Positions 20,394 through 32,474 are shown, counted from the stretch's first letter. The stretch: DNA of 42,845 bases from Mollicutes bacterium (GCA_012513875.1 JAAZBI010000064.1:1-42845); one strand, 5' to 3'. Notes: generated from the letters alone by a model not told the origin. Numbers and translations are program-made.

Positions 20394-20978
20394 ATGAATC
20401 AATATTTTGAAAACAGTGATTTAAAATCAGACATAAAAATAATAGAATTTGAATTGCTTAATCAAAAATATCAGATGTTTACAGACAATGGTGTTTTTTC
20501 TAAAAATAAGTTAGATTATGGAACGAAGTTATTAATCAGTGTACTACCTTTATCAACAATAACAGGTCAAGTTTTAGATCTAGGATGTGGATATGGTGTA
20601 GTTGGTTATGTTATAGCAGAAAAAACAACGGCTATTATTGATATGGTCGATGTAAATCTTAGAGCATTACATTTGGCAAAAAGAAACACAAAAAAATTTA
20701 AAGAGAAAGTAAATATTTTTGAAAGTGATGTTTATAATAATATAAAGAAAAAATATGATTACATTATTACTAATCCTCCTATTAGAGCTGGTAAAGAGGT
20801 TGTGAACAAATTTCTTTTTCAAGCTAAAGATTATTTGAAAAAATCTGGAGAATTATGGTTTGTGATTAGAAGAGAACAAGGCGCAAAAACAATTATTAAA
20901 AATTTAGATAAAGAATATAATTTATCAATAGTAAAAAAAGATAAAGGTTTTTTTATTGTTTGTTGTAAAAATTGTTGA
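20394..20978 (+). CDS. class I SAM-dependent rRNA methyltransferase (RsmC/YbxB type)
   Basis: VLDLGCGYG SAM motif, NPPIRAG catalytic motif. Position between rplL and rpoB as for ybxB in Bacillus. Confidence 0.85.
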   Translation: MNQYFENSDLKSDIKIIEFELLNQKYQMFTDNGVFSKNKLDYGTKLLISVLPLSTITGQVLDLGCGYGVVGYVIAEKTTAIIDMVDVNLRALHLAKRNTKKFKEKVNIFESDVYNNIKKKYDYIITNPPIRAGKEVVNKFLFQAKDYLKKSGELWFVIRREQGAKTIIKNLDKEYNLSIVKKDKGFFIVCCKNC

Positions 20979-21003
20979 CACAGAGCTTGTTGTTTGATAA
21001 AAT
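20975..21003 (+). promoter_or_regulatory. promoter upstream of rpoBC
   Basis: TTGACA (20975-20980, overlapping the methyltransferase stop), 17 nt, extended -10 TGATAAAAT (20995-21003). Confidence 0.6.
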
Positions 21004-21066
21004 CTTAAATTGGTACTATGTTTTTATAAACATGTTCTTTGAAAAATTTGATATTGGGGTGAAAAG

Positions 21067-24000
21067 ATGTCTTATAAGTTAAAAAAGTTCGGAGATTATC
21101 GTGAAAGAGTAGATTTTTCCAAGGTAGAAAATATCGTTAAAATGGAAGATTTATTAGAAATACAGACGAAATCTTATCAGTGGTTCATAACCGAGGGAAT
21201 AAAAGAAGTTTTCCATGATTTCTTTCCAGTAGAAGGATGTTCCGGAACGTTATCCCTAGATTTTGGTGAATTTCATTTTGAAAAACCAAGACATTCTAAA
21301 AAAGATAGCAAAGATCGAGAAGCGACGTACGCCGCACCACTTAAAGTGGAGGCACGTCTTTTAAACAATGAAACGGGAGAAGTTAAAGAACAAGAAGTTT
21401 TCTTAGGTGATATTCCTTTGATGACAGAAAATGGAACTTTTATTATTAATGGAGCAGAAAGAGTAATTGTTTCTCAATTACTTCGTTCTCCAAGTGTTTA
21501 TTTTAAAAAAGAAATAGATAAGAATGGTAAAAGTGTTTTTTCTTCAGAACTTATTCCAACTAGAGGTACTTGGTTAGAATATGAAACAGATGCTCGTGAT
21601 ATTTTACACGTTAGAATTGACCGTTCAAGAAAAGTTTATATTACAACTTTTTTAAGAGCATTAGGTTTATCTTCTGACGAAAACATTCTTGAGCTATTTG
21701 GAGATAATGAATATATAAAGAATACTCTTACTAAAGATATGACTAAAAATAAAGAAGAAGCTTTAATTGAAATTTACGAAAGATTAAGACCGGGAGAACC
21801 AGCAACTTTAGATAGTGCAAAAAATCAATTAATAGTAAAATTTTTTGATGAATTAAGATATGATTTAGCAAAAGTAGGACGTTATAAATTTAATAAAAAA
21901 TTAGATATTTGTGATCGTTTATTAAACACAACTTTAGCTGAAGATATAAAAGAAGGCAAAAAAGTCATTGTTGAAAAAGGGACTTTAATTACAAGAGAAA
22001 TTTTAGATCAAATTAAACCTCTACTTCATTCAGGATATGGAACGACAGAAGTTAAGATTAATGAAGATTTAGATACTCACAATAAAGTACAAACAATTTT
22101 GGTTTATTCAAAGGTTGATAGTACAAAACCAATCAAAATAATTGGCGTAAATATTAATGAAGATTGTAAAAGATTAACTATTGCAGATATTTATGCATCT
22201 ATTTCATACTATTTAAATCTTTTAGATGGAATTGGAAAAATTGATGAAATTGATCATTTGGCAAATAGAAGAATTAGACAAGTAGGAGAATTATTACAAA
22301 ATCAATTTAGAATTGGTATTTCTCGTGTAGAAAGAGTTATTCGTGAAAGAATGACAACAATCGACCTTACTACTGCAACTCCTAAAACTCTTATTAACAT
22401 TCGCCCAGTAACAGCTATATTAAAAGAGTTTTTTGGAAGTAGTCAATTATCACAATTTATGGATCAAGTGAATCCAATGTCTGAAATGACAAACAAACGT
22501 CGTTTATCAGCTCTAGGACCTGGAGGTTTATCACGTGATCGTGCTGGAATGGAAGTTCGAGATGTTAATGCTTCTCATTACGGAAGAATCTGTCCAGTAG
22601 AATCTCCAGAAGGACCAAACATTGGATTGATTACATCACTTGCAGGTTATGCAAAAATAAATGATTATGGTTTCATTATGACACCGTATCGTAAAGTAGA
22701 AAACAAAAAAATTACAGATAAGATTGAATATTTTACAGCAGATGAAGAATATGATTATGTTATTGTTTCAGCAACTGTAAAAATTAATGAAAACAATGAA
22801 ATAATTGAAGATAATATTACAGCACGTTATCAAGATGAAGTTATCTCAACAAATGCAGAGGCTGTAAACTATGTTGATGTTTCTCCACAACAAATTATTT
22901 CTGTTATTACAAGTTGTATTCCTTTCTTGGAACATGATGATGCTAATAGAGCGCTTATGGGTGCTAACATGCAACGTCAAGCATTACCTTTATTACAACC
23001 TGAAGCACCTATTGTTGCAACAGGAACAGAATCAGTAGCAGCGATAGATAGTGGAGCTGTAATCATTTCTAAAGTTGATGGAATCGTTGACTATGTAGAT
23101 GGTAAAAAAATAGTTATTAATACAAAAGACGGTAAAGTCACTTATACTTTAGCAAATTTTGAAAGATCAAATTCAGCTACTTGTTATCATCAAAGACCAA
23201 TCGTTAAAATTGGAGATAAAATTAACAAAGGACAAATTATTACTGATGGTCCAAGTGTTGATAAAGGTGAAATATCAGTTGGTCGTAATGTAGTTGTAGC
23301 ATTTATGACATTTAATGGATATAACTATGAAGACGCAATCATTTTAAATGAACAATTAGTTTTAGATGATGCATATACTTCAATTAAAATTGAAAGTTAT
23401 GACATAGAATGTCGTGATACTAAATTAGGTCCAGAAGAAATAACTAGAGATATTCCAAACGTTTCAGAAGAAGCACGTAAAAATCTTGATATAGATGGTA
23501 TTGTTCGTGTTGGAACTGAAGTTAAAGAAGGAGATATCTTAGTTGGTAAAGTTACTCCAAAAGGTATGGTAGAATTAACAAGCGAAGAAAAATTATTACA
23601 TGCTATTTTTGGAGAAAAAACCAGAGAAGTTAGAGATACTTCTTTAAGGGTTGCTCATGGAGCAGATGGTATTGTTAGTGATATTAAAGTTTATACTAAA
23701 AAAGAAAACGAAGATATTCCATCAGGAGTATTAAAAACAGTTAAAATTTTTATTGCGCAAAAGAGAAAAATAGGTGTTGGAGATAAAATGGCTGGTCGTC
23801 ATGGTAACAAAGGTGTTATCTCATTGGTTTTACCAAAAGAAGATATGCCATATTTACCAGATGGAACACCAGTAGATATTTTATTAAATCCATTAGGAGT
23901 TCCATCACGTATGAATTTAGGGCAAGTATTAGAATTACATTTAGGTATGGCTGCTAAGAAATTAGGTCTTCATGTAGCGACTCCTGCTTTTGATGGAGCA

Positions 24001-24600
24001 AAATATGAAGAAATAGAAGCTATGATGGAAAAAGCTAAAATGTCTCCAGATGGTAAGGCAGATCTTTATGATGGAAAAACCGGAGAAAAATTTGATGGCA
24101 AAATTAGTGTTGGAGTCATGTATATGATTAAATTAATGCATATGGTTGACGATAAACTTCATGCTCGTTCTACAGGTCCATATTCATTAGTAACACAACA
24201 ACCATTAGGTGGAAAAGCACAATTTGGTGGACAACGTTTTGGAGAAATGGAAGTGTGGGCTCTATATGCTTATGGAGCTGCTAATGTATTGCAAGAAATT
24301 TTAACAGTTAAATCTGATGATGTTGTGGGTAGAGTTAAAGTTTATGAAGCAATTGTTAAAGGAAAAGAAATTCATCAAGCTGGAATTCCAGAATCATTTA
24401 AAGTTTTAATAAAAGAATTTCAAGCTTTAGGATTAGATATTTCTATTATTAATGATAAGTTTGAAGAGGTTGAATTAAAACAATTAGAAGATGAAGATAA
24501 TAAAACAACCCAGATGCTATCAATTGAAGAAATAGAAGATATCGATGAAAAATCAAATAGAAACAATAATGTTTTTGAAGATGGAGAGGGGGAAAAATAA
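21067..24600 (+). CDS. rpoB: DNA-directed RNA polymerase subunit beta
   Basis: 1177 aa, [13 protein letters not shown] and other universal beta motifs, acidic C-terminal tail. Confidence 0.98.
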   Translation: MSYKLKKFGDYRERVDFSKVENIVKMEDLLEIQTKSYQWFITEGIKEVFHDFFPVEGCSGTLSLDFGEFHFEKPRHSKKDSKDREATYAAPLKVEARLLNNETGEVKEQEVFLGDIPLMTENGTFIINGAERVIVSQLLRSPSVYFKKEIDKNGKSVFSSELIPTRGTWLEYETDARDILHVRIDRSRKVYITTFLRALGLSSDENILELFGDNEYIKNTLTKDMTKNKEEALIEIYERLRPGEPATLDSAKNQLIVKFFDELRYDLAKVGRYKFNKKLDICDRLLNTTLAEDIKEGKKVIVEKGTLITREILDQIKPLLHSGYGTTEVKINEDLDTHNKVQTILVYSKVDSTKPIKIIGVNINEDCKRLTIADIYASISYYLNLLDGIGKIDEIDHLANRRIRQVGELLQNQFRIGISRVERVIRERMTTIDLTTATPKTLINIRPVTAILKEFFGSSQLSQFMDQVNPMSEMTNKRRLSALGPGGLSRDRAGMEVRDVNASHYGRICPVESPEGPNIGLITSLAGYAKINDYGFIMTPYRKVENKKITDKIEYFTADEEYDYVIVSATVKINENNEIIEDNITARYQDEVISTNAEAVNYVDVSPQQIISVITSCIPFLEHDDANRALMGANMQRQALPLLQPEAPIVATGTESVAAIDSGAVIISKVDGIVDYVDGKKIVINTKDGKVTYTLANFERSNSATCYHQRPIVKIGDKINKGQIITDGPSVDKGEISVGRNVVVAFMTFNGYNYEDAIILNEQLVLDDAYTSIKIESYDIECRDTKLGPEEITRDIPNVSEEARKNLDIDGIVRVGTEVKEGDILVGKVTPKGMVELTSEEKLLHAIFGEKTREVRDTSLRVAHGADGIVSDIKVYTKKENEDIPSGVLKTVKIFIAQKRKIGVGDKMAGRHGNKGVISLVLPKEDMPYLPDGTPVDILLNPLGVPSRMNLGQVLELHLGMAAKKLGLHVATPAFDGAKYEEIEAMMEKAKMSPDGKADLYDGKTGEKFDGKISVGVMYMIKLMHMVDDKLHARSTGPYSLVTQQPLGGKAQFGGQRFGEMEVWALYAYGAANVLQEILTVKSDDVVGRVKVYEAIVKGKEIHQAGIPESFKVLIKEFQALGLDISIINDKFEEVELKQLEDEDNKTTQMLSIEEIEDIDEKSNRNNNVFEDGEGEK

Positions 24601-27600
24601 TGATTGATGTAGATAAATTAAGTGCTATAAAAATCGCCATTGCCTCACCTGAAAAGATTAGAGAATGGTCACATGGAGAAATAAAAAAACCAGAGACTAT
24701 TAACTATCGTACTTTAAAACCTGAAAGAGATGGTCTTTTCTGTGAAAAGATCTTTGGACCAAGTAAAGATTACGAATGTTCTTGTGGAAAATATAAAAAA
24801 ATCAGATACAAAGGAATTATTTGTGATAAATGTGGTGTTGAAGTAACAAAAGCTAAAGTTAGAAGAGAAAGAATGGGCCACATTGAACTTGCTACTCCAG
24901 TTTCTCATATTTGGTTTTTTAAAGGTACTCCATCAAGAATGGGTATGTTATTAGATATGTCACCTAGAGATTTGGAAGAAGTATTATATTTTGTATCTTA
25001 TGTAGTTATCGATGCAGGAATAACTCCTTTACAAAAGAAACAAACTTTATCAGATCGTGAATATCATGCTTATTATGAAAAATATGGCGAAGGTTTTCAA
25101 GTTGGTATGGGAGCTGAAGCGATTAAAACATTATTAAAAGAATTAGATTTACAAAAAGAAATTGAAGATATTAATAGTGAATTAGTTGAAGCTCAAGGTC
25201 AAAAGAAAATAAGATTACTAAAAAGATTAGAAGTTTTAGATTCATTTTATCAATCAGGAAATAAACCAGAATGGATTATTTTAGATGCAGTTCCAGTTTT
25301 GCCTCCAGAATTAAGACCAATGATTCAATTAGATGGCGGTCGTTTTGCAACTAGTGATTTAAATGATTTATATAGAAGAGTAATTAATCGTAATAATCGA
25401 TTAAAAAAATTAATTGATTTAAATGCTCCTTCTATTATCGTTCGTAATGAAAAGAGAATGTTACAAGAAGCTGTAGATGCATTATTTGATAATGGTAGAA
25501 GAGGTAGAAATGTAACAGGAGCAAATAATAGACCATTAAAATCTTTAAGTAATATGTTAAAAGGTAAACAAGGACGTTTTCGTCAACATTTACTTGGAAG
25601 ACGTGTTGATTATTCAGGTAGATCAGTTATTGTAGCAGGACCAAGCTTAAAAATGTATCAATGTGGGCTTCCTAAAGAAATGGCTTTAGAGTTATTTAAA
25701 CCACATGTTATTAGAGAATTAGTAAAAAGAGAAATTATTCACAATATTAAATCAGCTAAGAAAATGATTGAAAATAAAAATGAAAAAGTTTGGGATATAG
25801 TTGAGGATGTAATTAAAGAACATCCAGTATTATTAAATAGAGCTCCAACTCTACATAGATTAGGTATTCAAGCTTTTGAACCTATATTAGTAAGTGGACG
25901 CGCTATTAGATTACACCCATTAGTAACTACAGCATTTAATGCTGACTTTGATGGTGACCAAATGGCAGTTCATGTTCCTTTATCAGAAGAAGCAAAAGCT
26001 GAAGCTAGAGTTTTAATGTTAGGAGCAAATAATATTTTAAATCCTAAAGATGGTAAACCAATCATTACTCCAACTCAAGATATGGTTTTAGGTAATTTTT
26101 ATCTTACTATTGAAAAACCAAGTGTTAATGAAGGAAGAATTTTTGTTGATCCAAACGAAGCTTTAATGGAATATGAAAGAAGCAATATTGAATTACATAC
26201 AAGAATAATTCTTCCAGTAAAATCTTTTAAACATAAAGTTTTTATTGAGGAAATGAAAAACAAATATTTAATAACAACAGTTGGTAAAATAAAATTAAAT
26301 GAAATTTTACCTGATACTTTCCAGTATATAAATGAAGCTACTACGGTTAACATTGAAGGAATAACACCTAGTATTTATTTCTTAAATAATTTATTAAATA
26401 TTAAGGAAGATTTACAAAAGGTGCCTTATTCTAAACCATTTAGTAGTAAAGATTTAGAAAAAATAATCGCTCAAATCTTTAAAAGATATAAAACTACTGA
26501 AACGTCAATTATGTTAGATAAATTAAAAGATTTAGGATTTAAGTATTCAACTAAATCAGGTATTACTTTTGCTATTAGTGATATAGTAACAAGTAAAAAC
26601 AAGTTAAAAATATTAGAAGATAGCCAAACAGCAGTTGAAAACATTAACAAACAATATAAGAGAGGTTTAATCACTGAAACAGAAAAATATGCTAATGTTA
26701 TCGATACTTGGTCAAAAGCTAAAAAACAAATTACTGATGAATTGAGTTCTTATGCTAAAGATAATTATACTAATCCAGTATTTATTATGATGAATTCTAA
26801 AGCTCGTGGTAGTATTGCACAATTTACTCAATTAGCAGGAATGCGCGGATTGATGGCTAAACCTGGTGGAGGAGAAGTTGAAATCCCAGTTAAATCTTCA
26901 TTTAGAGATGGTTTAACAGTTTCAGAATTTTTCTTATCAGGACATGCTTCTAGAAAAGGTTCAGCAGATACAGCGTTAAAAACAGCTGACTCTGGATATT
27001 TAACTAGAAGATTAGTAGATGTTGTTCAAGATATTATCGTTAGAGAAGATGATTGTAAGACAAGTCAAGGTGTTGTTGTTCGTGATTTTACAGATGAAAA
27101 ATTAGGAACAGTAGATATAATTGAAAAATTATATAATCGTATTTTAGGAAGATATACAAATAAAAAAGTTATTGATCCTAATACGAAAGAAGTTATTGTT
27201 GAAAAAGATGTTTTAATAACAGAAAATATTGCAGAAAAAATTGAAAAAGCTGGTGTTAAAGCAGTTGAAATTAGAAACATTTTAACTTGTAAAGCAACTA
27301 ATGGTGTTTGTCAAAAATGTTATGGTCGTAACTTAGCAACTGGTAATCTTGTAGAAATTGGTGAAGCAGTAGGTATTATGGCAGCTCAATCAATTGGAGA
27401 ACCAGGAACACAATTAACGATGAGAACATTCCATACAGGCGGTGTAGCTGGTGGAGCCGATATTACATTAGGTTTACCACGTGTTCAAGAATTATTTGAA
27501 GCTCGTATTCCGAAAGGTAAAGCAACTATTGCAGAAATTTCTGGTACAGTAGCTAAAATTGAAAATGCTAATGGTCGTTATAAAGTAATTATTGAAAACA

Positions 27601-28235
27601 ATATTACAGCTAAAGAACATTTAACTAATTATGGAATTAAATTAAGAGTAAGTGAAGGAACTGAAGTAAATGCAGGAGATAGACTTACAGAAGGAAATAT
27701 TAGTCCAAAAGAATTGTTAGCAGTAACAGATCCATTTACAGTTCAAGAATATATTCTTAAAGAAATTCAAAAGATATATTCAACTCAAGGTGTTGAAATA
27801 TCTGATAAACATATTGAAGTTATTGCCCGTCGAATGATTTCTAGAATAAAAGTTGTCGATACTGGTGATACAGACTTAATTAATGGTAAAACAATATCAT
27901 TAAAAGAATTTACCGAAGCTAATAAAAAAGTAATTTTAGAAGACAAGAGTCCGGCAACGGGAAGACCTGTTTTATTAGGAATTACTAAAGCTTCATTAGA
28001 AACTGATTCATTCTTATCAGCGGCATCTTTCCAAGAAACAACAAGAATTTTAACTGATGCAGCAATGAAGGGTAAGATTGATAAATTAACTGGATTAAAA
28101 GAGAACGTTATTATTGGAAAACTTATTCCAGCTGGAACAGGAGCTAAAAAATATTCTGAAGTAGACTATAGTCTAGAAAGAGAATTTATGGATGCTGATC
28201 CACTTGATGTTCTTGAAGAATCTTTAATGGAATAA
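24600..28235 (+). CDS. rpoC: DNA-directed RNA polymerase subunit beta'
   Basis: 1211 aa, NADFDGDQM catalytic motif, zinc-binding CSCGKY...CDKCGVE. The ATG overlaps the rpoB TAA by 1 nt. Confidence 0.98.
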   Translation: MIDVDKLSAIKIAIASPEKIREWSHGEIKKPETINYRTLKPERDGLFCEKIFGPSKDYECSCGKYKKIRYKGIICDKCGVEVTKAKVRRERMGHIELATPVSHIWFFKGTPSRMGMLLDMSPRDLEEVLYFVSYVVIDAGITPLQKKQTLSDREYHAYYEKYGEGFQVGMGAEAIKTLLKELDLQKEIEDINSELVEAQGQKKIRLLKRLEVLDSFYQSGNKPEWIILDAVPVLPPELRPMIQLDGGRFATSDLNDLYRRVINRNNRLKKLIDLNAPSIIVRNEKRMLQEAVDALFDNGRRGRNVTGANNRPLKSLSNMLKGKQGRFRQHLLGRRVDYSGRSVIVAGPSLKMYQCGLPKEMALELFKPHVIRELVKREIIHNIKSAKKMIENKNEKVWDIVEDVIKEHPVLLNRAPTLHRLGIQAFEPILVSGRAIRLHPLVTTAFNADFDGDQMAVHVPLSEEAKAEARVLMLGANNILNPKDGKPIITPTQDMVLGNFYLTIEKPSVNEGRIFVDPNEALMEYERSNIELHTRIILPVKSFKHKVFIEEMKNKYLITTVGKIKLNEILPDTFQYINEATTVNIEGITPSIYFLNNLLNIKEDLQKVPYSKPFSSKDLEKIIAQIFKRYKTTETSIMLDKLKDLGFKYSTKSGITFAISDIVTSKNKLKILEDSQTAVENINKQYKRGLITETEKYANVIDTWSKAKKQITDELSSYAKDNYTNPVFIMMNSKARGSIAQFTQLAGMRGLMAKPGGGEVEIPVKSSFRDGLTVSEFFLSGHASRKGSADTALKTADSGYLTRRLVDVVQDIIVREDDCKTSQGVVVRDFTDEKLGTVDIIEKLYNRILGRYTNKKVIDPNTKEVIVEKDVLITENIAEKIEKAGVKAVEIRNILTCKATNGVCQKCYGRNLATGNLVEIGEAVGIMAAQSIGEPGTQLTMRTFHTGGVAGGADITLGLPRVQELFEARIPKGKATIAEISGTVAKIENANGRYKVIIENNITAKEHLTNYGIKLRVSEGTEVNAGDRLTEGNISPKELLAVTDPFTVQEYILKEIQKIYSTQGVEISDKHIEVIARRMISRIKVVDTGDTDLINGKTISLKEFTEANKKVILEDKSPATGRPVLLGITKASLETDSFLSAASFQETTRILTDAAMKGKIDKLTGLKENVIIGKLIPAGTGAKKYSEVDYSLEREFMDADPLDVLEESLME

Positions 28236-28259
28236 AAAAAGGGAGTTTTCTCCCTTTTT
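28236..28259 (+). terminator. intrinsic terminator after rpoC
   Basis: AAAAAGGGAG-tttt-CTCCCTTTTT. Confidence 0.75.
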
Positions 28260-28317
28260 CTTGCTAAATCATATAAAATATGATAAATTATGTATAGCAC
28301 TTGAGAGGAAGATGAAG

Positions 28318-28530
28318 ATGGAAGTTTTATTAATTATAGTATCAGTAACTTTGATTGCAATCGTTTTATTACAAAGTGGAAAAGCTGAAGGAACTGCTCA
28401 ATCAATATTGGGCGGCAATTCTAACTTATTCGCTAATCGTAAAGAACGAGGCGGAGAGTTATTTATAAGTAGATTTACAATGTTAATTGGAATGTTATTT
28501 TTCTTTTTATGTCTATTTTTATCATTTTAA
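28318..28530 (+). CDS. secG: preprotein translocase subunit SecG
   Basis: Two TM segments with LLQSGKAEG between them. Start at ATG 28318 (or 28312) after GAGAGGAA; the track start at 28261 is an unlikely extension. Confidence 0.8.
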   Translation: MEVLLIIVSVTLIAIVLLQSGKAEGTAQSILGGNSNLFANRKERGGELFISRFTMLIGMLFFFLCLFLSF

Positions 28531-28533
28531 GAG

Positions 28534-28560
28534 AAAAGACTTTTTTATAAGTCTTTTTTA
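28534..28560 (+). terminator. intrinsic terminator after secG
   Basis: AAAAGACTT-ttttat-AAGTCTTTT plus Ts. Confidence 0.65.
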
Positions 28561-28590
28561 TTTTATAATGAAGTTAGGAGCGGTGTTAAA

Positions 28591-30738
28591 ATGCAAGAAA
28601 AAATCATAGAGAAGTTAAAAAAAATAAACCGAAAAATTAGTTTAATTGATTTGATTAATGAATTAAAATTAAGCGAAGTTGAAGATATAAAACAATTTCA
28701 CGAAGAAATAATAAATTTAGAAAAAAAAGGTGAAATAATTACTAAGAAAAACAAAGTGATTATGGTTGATAAAACTAATTTAATTAAAGGAAAATTAATG
28801 GTTAATCGAAGTGGAAACTTTGGTTTTGTTGATATGGGAATGGATGTATTTGGAAAAGAAAGAGACGATATTAGAATCGAAAGAGAAGATTTTAATGGCG
28901 CAGAAAATAATGACATAGTGTTATTAGACCATGTTACTATTCGCGAAAAGACTAGGTTTAATAAAAAGTGGTATGTTCGTCAAATTATTCAAAAAGATAG
29001 TCAAAATTTAGTGGGAGAAGTAATTAGTAAAGACGGATTGTTATATGTAAAATTTGATAATTCTCGATATAATGATCTTTTGCTAGAAGAAGGAAGCCAT
29101 GGTGTTGTTTTAGGAAGCAAAGTTCAAATAAAAAGAGTAGAAGACAAAAACAATCATTTAAAAGCTGAAATTATAAAAGTAATAGGACATAAAGATGATG
29201 TTGGTATGGATGTATTATCAATCGTTTATTCTAATAACATCCCTATTGAATTTAGTCAAGAAACTTTAGATAGTTTAAAAGAAATACCTAATATGGTTTC
29301 AGAAGAAGAAATAAAAGGACGCATTGATCTTCGTGATCAAGTTATTTTCACTATTGATGGAGATGGCGCTAAAGACTTTGATGATGCTGTTCAAATTGAA
29401 AAAACAAAAAACAATACTTACTTGCTAGGAGTTCATATAGCTGATGTTAGTCATTATGTTAAAGAAGGTTCTTTTTTAGATAAAGATGCTTTTATAAGAG
29501 GAAATAGTGTTTATTTAACGGATCGAGTTATTCCAATGTTGCCTCATCTTTTATCTAATGGTATTTGTTCTTTAAATGAAGGCGTTGTTCGTTTAACTTT
29601 TTCAGTTACGATGGAAATTGATGAAGATGGTAATATTTTAGAATATAAAATTCATGAAAGTGTAATTAAATCTTCAAAAAGGATGACCTACGCTAAAGTA
29701 AATGAATTTTTAGAAAAAGGTATTGTTCCTGAAGGATATGAACAATTTACAAATAAATTACTTTTAATGAAAGAATTATCAGAAAAATTAAGAAGAAATA
29801 AAGAATCAAGAGGTTATTTAGATTTTAATAATCCAGAAATGGAAATAGAAGTTGATAGTGAAGGAAAACCAATTGCTATTTCCAAAAGAAATATGGGAAT
29901 TGGAGAAAATTTAATTGAAGATTTTATGATAGCAGCTAATGAAGCAGTAGCAACTTATGCTTCTCAAAATGATTTTCCTTTAATTTATCGTATCCATGGT
30001 TCACCAGATTATCAAAAAGTCGAAGATTTTATTAAATTATTAAATAGTTTGGGGATCAGAATAAAAGGTAGTCATAAAGAGAATCTTTCTAAAAGGATGC
30101 AACAAATTTTAAATGCAATTGAAGAAGAAAACGTTCCTGTTTTATCAAAAAGAGCTTTAATTATAATGAAAAAAGCTATTTATAGTACAGATAATATAGG
30201 GCATTTTGGATTAGGTTTAACTGATTATGCTCATTTTACATCTCCAATTAGGAGATATCCAGATTTAATGGTTCATCGTTCTTTGAAAGCAGCATTAAGT
30301 ATAAAAGGTTATAATAAAAAATATTTAAAAACAGAATTACAAAATATAGCAAATCATACTTCTTTAACTGAAGCTAATTCAGTTAATTGCGAGAGAGATG
30401 TAGAAAAAATTAAATCAGCTGAATACATGGAAAAACATATTGGTGAAGATTTTGAAGCGTGGATAGTAAATGTTGGAAGAGAAGGAATTTGGGTTCAATT
30501 AGATAACTTAATTGAAGGATTAATTCGTATGAGAGAAATAGGCAATGACTATTTTGAATTAAATGAAGAAATGCAATATGTAAAAGCTCGAAGATCAGGA
30601 GTGATGTATCGAATTGGTCAAAGAATTAAAGTGACTTTAGTTGGTTCATCTAAGGAAAGTGGCGAAATTGATTTTATTTTAACAAAAAATAATGTTAAAA
30701 GAGGCGATGAAAATGGAAATATTAAACAAAAAAGCTAA
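28591..30738 (+). CDS. rnr: ribonuclease R
   Basis: RNB-domain motif [32 protein letters not shown]-terminal S1 domain. secG-rnr-smpB-ssrA synteny. Confidence 0.95.
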   Translation: MQEKIIEKLKKINRKISLIDLINELKLSEVEDIKQFHEEIINLEKKGEIITKKNKVIMVDKTNLIKGKLMVNRSGNFGFVDMGMDVFGKERDDIRIEREDFNGAENNDIVLLDHVTIREKTRFNKKWYVRQIIQKDSQNLVGEVISKDGLLYVKFDNSRYNDLLLEEGSHGVVLGSKVQIKRVEDKNNHLKAEIIKVIGHKDDVGMDVLSIVYSNNIPIEFSQETLDSLKEIPNMVSEEEIKGRIDLRDQVIFTIDGDGAKDFDDAVQIEKTKNNTYLLGVHIADVSHYVKEGSFLDKDAFIRGNSVYLTDRVIPMLPHLLSNGICSLNEGVVRLTFSVTMEIDEDGNILEYKIHESVIKSSKRMTYAKVNEFLEKGIVPEGYEQFTNKLLLMKELSEKLRRNKESRGYLDFNNPEMEIEVDSEGKPIAISKRNMGIGENLIEDFMIAANEAVATYASQNDFPLIYRIHGSPDYQKVEDFIKLLNSLGIRIKGSHKENLSKRMQQILNAIEEENVPVLSKRALIIMKKAIYSTDNIGHFGLGLTDYAHFTSPIRRYPDLMVHRSLKAALSIKGYNKKYLKTELQNIANHTSLTEANSVNCERDVEKIKSAEYMEKHIGEDFEAWIVNVGREGIWVQLDNLIEGLIRMREIGNDYFELNEEMQYVKARRSGVMYRIGQRIKVTLVGSSKESGEIDFILTKNNVKRGDENGNIKQKS

Positions 30739-31156
30739 TTATGATTATTTTATTGAAGAAACTTATGAAGCTGGAATAGTTTTAACAGGTACAGAGATAA
30801 AATCAATTAGAAATGGTAGTGCTAATTTAAAAGATAGTTATGCTATTATTAAAAAAGATGAAATCTTTCTACTTAATATGCATATTTCTTTTTACAAAGA
30901 GGGAGATCGTTTGAACCATCAAGAAACCAGAACCAGAAAATTGTTACTTCATAAAAATCAAATTTTAAAACTAAAAGAAAAGACAGATCAAGAAGGATAT
31001 ACTTTGGTTCCTTTAAAATTATATTTTAAGGAAAACAAAGCAAAAATTCTTTTAGGTATTGGAAAAGGTAAAAAGAATTATGATAAGAGACAAGTTATAA
31101 AAGAAAGAGATATTAAGTTAAGCGTTGCTAGAGAATCGAAATATCAAATAAAATAA
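30713..31156 (+). CDS. smpB: SsrA-binding protein SmpB
   Basis: [30 protein letters not shown] at 30713 lies 8 nt after AAAGAGG and overlaps the rnr 3' end. Confidence 0.93.
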   Translation: MEILNKKANYDYFIEETYEAGIVLTGTEIKSIRNGSANLKDSYAIIKKDEIFLLNMHISFYKEGDRLNHQETRTRKLLLHKNQILKLKEKTDQEGYTLVPLKLYFKENKAKILLGIGKGKKNYDKRQVIKERDIKLSVARESKYQIK

Positions 31157-31177
31157 AAAAGAGCTAAGCTCTTTTTT
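31156..31177. terminator. bidirectional terminator shared by smpB (+) and the 116-aa gene (-)
   Basis: AAAAAGAGC-taa-GCTCTTTTT with A-run and T-run flanks. Overlaps the stop of the minus-strand ORF. Confidence 0.7.
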
Positions 31178-31526
31178 AAAATTCAATCTTATTATTTTTT
31201 AAAGTTTTAATGATTTCTTTTTCTAAAAGTATTTTTTGATCATTAACGAGAATTTCTAAATCATTATTAACAATTTCAACTTTTTCCGCTGCAACTTGTT
31301 CTTTGTTTAAAACCACACCTAAAATAAGATTTACATTTTTCAAATAATTAAATCGATAAATTTTACGATTATTAATAAGTTTTATATCATAAATATAACT
31401 ATAGTCTTTATCTAATTTAAAGTTATTATCTTCAATAATAACAATTGGAAGAGTGTTACTATATTTAATCATATATAAAGCTTCTTCGCTAGTTACTGCA
31501 TCTAAATATAAATATTTATTATTCAT
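31176..31526 (-). CDS. hypothetical protein, 116 aa, no recognisable family
   Basis: Clean ORF with AAGGTGA RBS just upstream of the ATG and its own terminator. One of only two minus-strand genes in the window. No motif I can name. Confidence 0.6.
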   Translation of the reverse strand: MNNKYLYLDAVTSEEALYMIKYSNTLPIVIIEDNNFKLDKDYSYIYDIKLINNRKIYRFNYLKNVNLILGVVLNKEQVAAEKVEIVNNDLEILVNDQKILLEKEIIKTLKNNKIEF

Positions 31527-31576
31527 AATATCACCTTAACTATATTGTAAAGTAAAAATAGAATTAAAACAATAAA

Positions 31577-31605
31577 TTTACACTTTTCTAAAGATGTGCT
31601 ATAAT
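31577..31605 (+). promoter_or_regulatory. promoter of ssrA
   Basis: TTTACA (31577-31582), 17 nt, extended -10 TGCTATAAT (31597-31605). GGGGC of the tmRNA starts at 31616. Confidence 0.7.
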
Positions 31606-31615
31606 TCTATGACAA

Positions 31616-31958
31616 GGGGCTGTTTGGTTTCGACAGAAATAATAAGGCTTAGATGGCAAGTCGTAGGTATGCGTTAAATCCATCAGTTTAATAACTGGAA
31701 ATAATAAATTAGCATTCGCTGCTTAATAAAATAATGGCGAGCTTTTTCTGTTTTCTTTCTCACAGAAAATATTAAGAGCGCATTAAAGTGAGATATATTA
31801 TTTTCTTTGTTTAGGAGAAATAATGAAAATAACTAAACTAGTTAATGATTGGTTGTTAATTGCTATAATTATTAATGAATTTAAACAATTAACTAAGCTT
31901 GTAGAAGTCTTCGATTTTATGTTTTTGGACAGGGGTTCAATTCCCCTCAGCTCCACCA
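31616..31958 (+). ncRNA. ssrA: transfer-messenger RNA (tmRNA)
   Basis: 5' GGGGCUGUUUGGUUUCGACA acceptor/D-like region. Tag ORF ending ...GGA AAU AAU AAA UUA GCA UUC GCU GCU UAA UAA (probable tag (A)GNNKLAFAA; resume codon uncertain). 3' T-arm GGACAGGGGUUCAAUUCCCCUCAGCUCCACCA. Confidence 0.92.
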
Positions 31959-31971
31959 AAAATATGTTTTT

Positions 31972-32000
31972 AAAACCACTTTATGTAAAGTGGTTTTATT
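31972..32000 (+). terminator. intrinsic terminator after ssrA
   Basis: AAAACCACTTTA / TAAAGTGGTTTT 12-bp stem plus Ts. Confidence 0.75.
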
Positions 32001-32070
32001 GTGCTTAACAAATTTTAGCAATAAAAGAAGGTTTATAAACATATATTTTGTTTTAATTTTTTAAAATTTA

Positions 32071-32079
32071 TGATAAAAT
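32071..32079 (+). promoter_or_regulatory. extended -10 element (TGATAAAAT) upstream of the ssrA-flanking module
   Basis: Same TGATAAAAT element as the candidate promoters at 15455, 20995 and 41063. Confidence 0.4.
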
Positions 32080-32093
32080 AAATAAGAGAATAG

Positions 32094-32399
32094 GAAAAAT
32101 TAAGCAATATTAAAAAAAGTTATAATGGAACTCAAATAATTTATACCGGATATGCTGCGAAGGAAACAACTACAGCTCAAAGATGGGAAACTCTTGAAAT
32201 ATCAAACGGTGGAAATCCAGAAGTTGTATTACAAGGCAGAACATTAGGAACTGTAGATGATGGTATAAGAATTTATTTATATGAAGAAACGTATTATCAA
32301 TGGCAAACTGGATTTTCAAAAATTGTAGATGAAGATTACAGATTAAAATTCATTAAAAACGGTTGGACGCTTGGGATGACTGAGGTAACCGGGTTTTGA
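32094..32399 (+). pseudogene. about 100-codon open frame without ATG/GTG/TTG start (gene remnant, or ATT-initiated at 32109)
   Basis: Frame is open from the TAG at 32091 to the TGA at 32397-32399: ...IKKSYNGTQIIYTGYAAKETTTAQRWETLEISNGGNPEVVLQGRTLGTVDDGIRIYLYEETYYQWQTGFSKIVDEDYRLKFIKNGWTLGMTEVTGF. The only candidate initiator is ATT at 32109, 10 nt after AGGAAAA. Absent from the ORF track because it has no Met start. Confidence 0.4.
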
Positions 32400-32473
32400 T
32401 GGAAATATTAATTAAATTAATAATGAGTATAATTATGTTGTTCTATATATCCTTTGTTTTGAATTGGAGATAA
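32399..32473 (+). CDS. micro-ORF, 24-aa hydrophobic peptide (MEILIKLIMSIIMLFYISFVLNWR)
   Basis: The ATG overlaps the upstream TGA (TGATG). Its stop lies 1 nt before the next ATG. Weak or distant GAGGT 12 nt upstream. Coding status unproven. Confidence 0.35.
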   Translation: MEILIKLIMSIIMLFYISFVLNWR

Positions 32474-32474
32474 T

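Noticed and set aside
21238-21249. TGTTCCGGAACG inside rpoB, resembling a parS/NBS hybrid with the centre deleted.
   Set aside because: It is only a 10-bp palindrome (GTTCCGGAAC) with the wrong half-site spacing for either protein, inside a conserved CDS. It is consistent with chance.
31823-32008. Track ORF of 61 aa on the + strand.
   Set aside because: It overlaps the 3' half of the tmRNA gene, including the T-arm and CCA end, and its terminator. It is an RNA gene, not coding.
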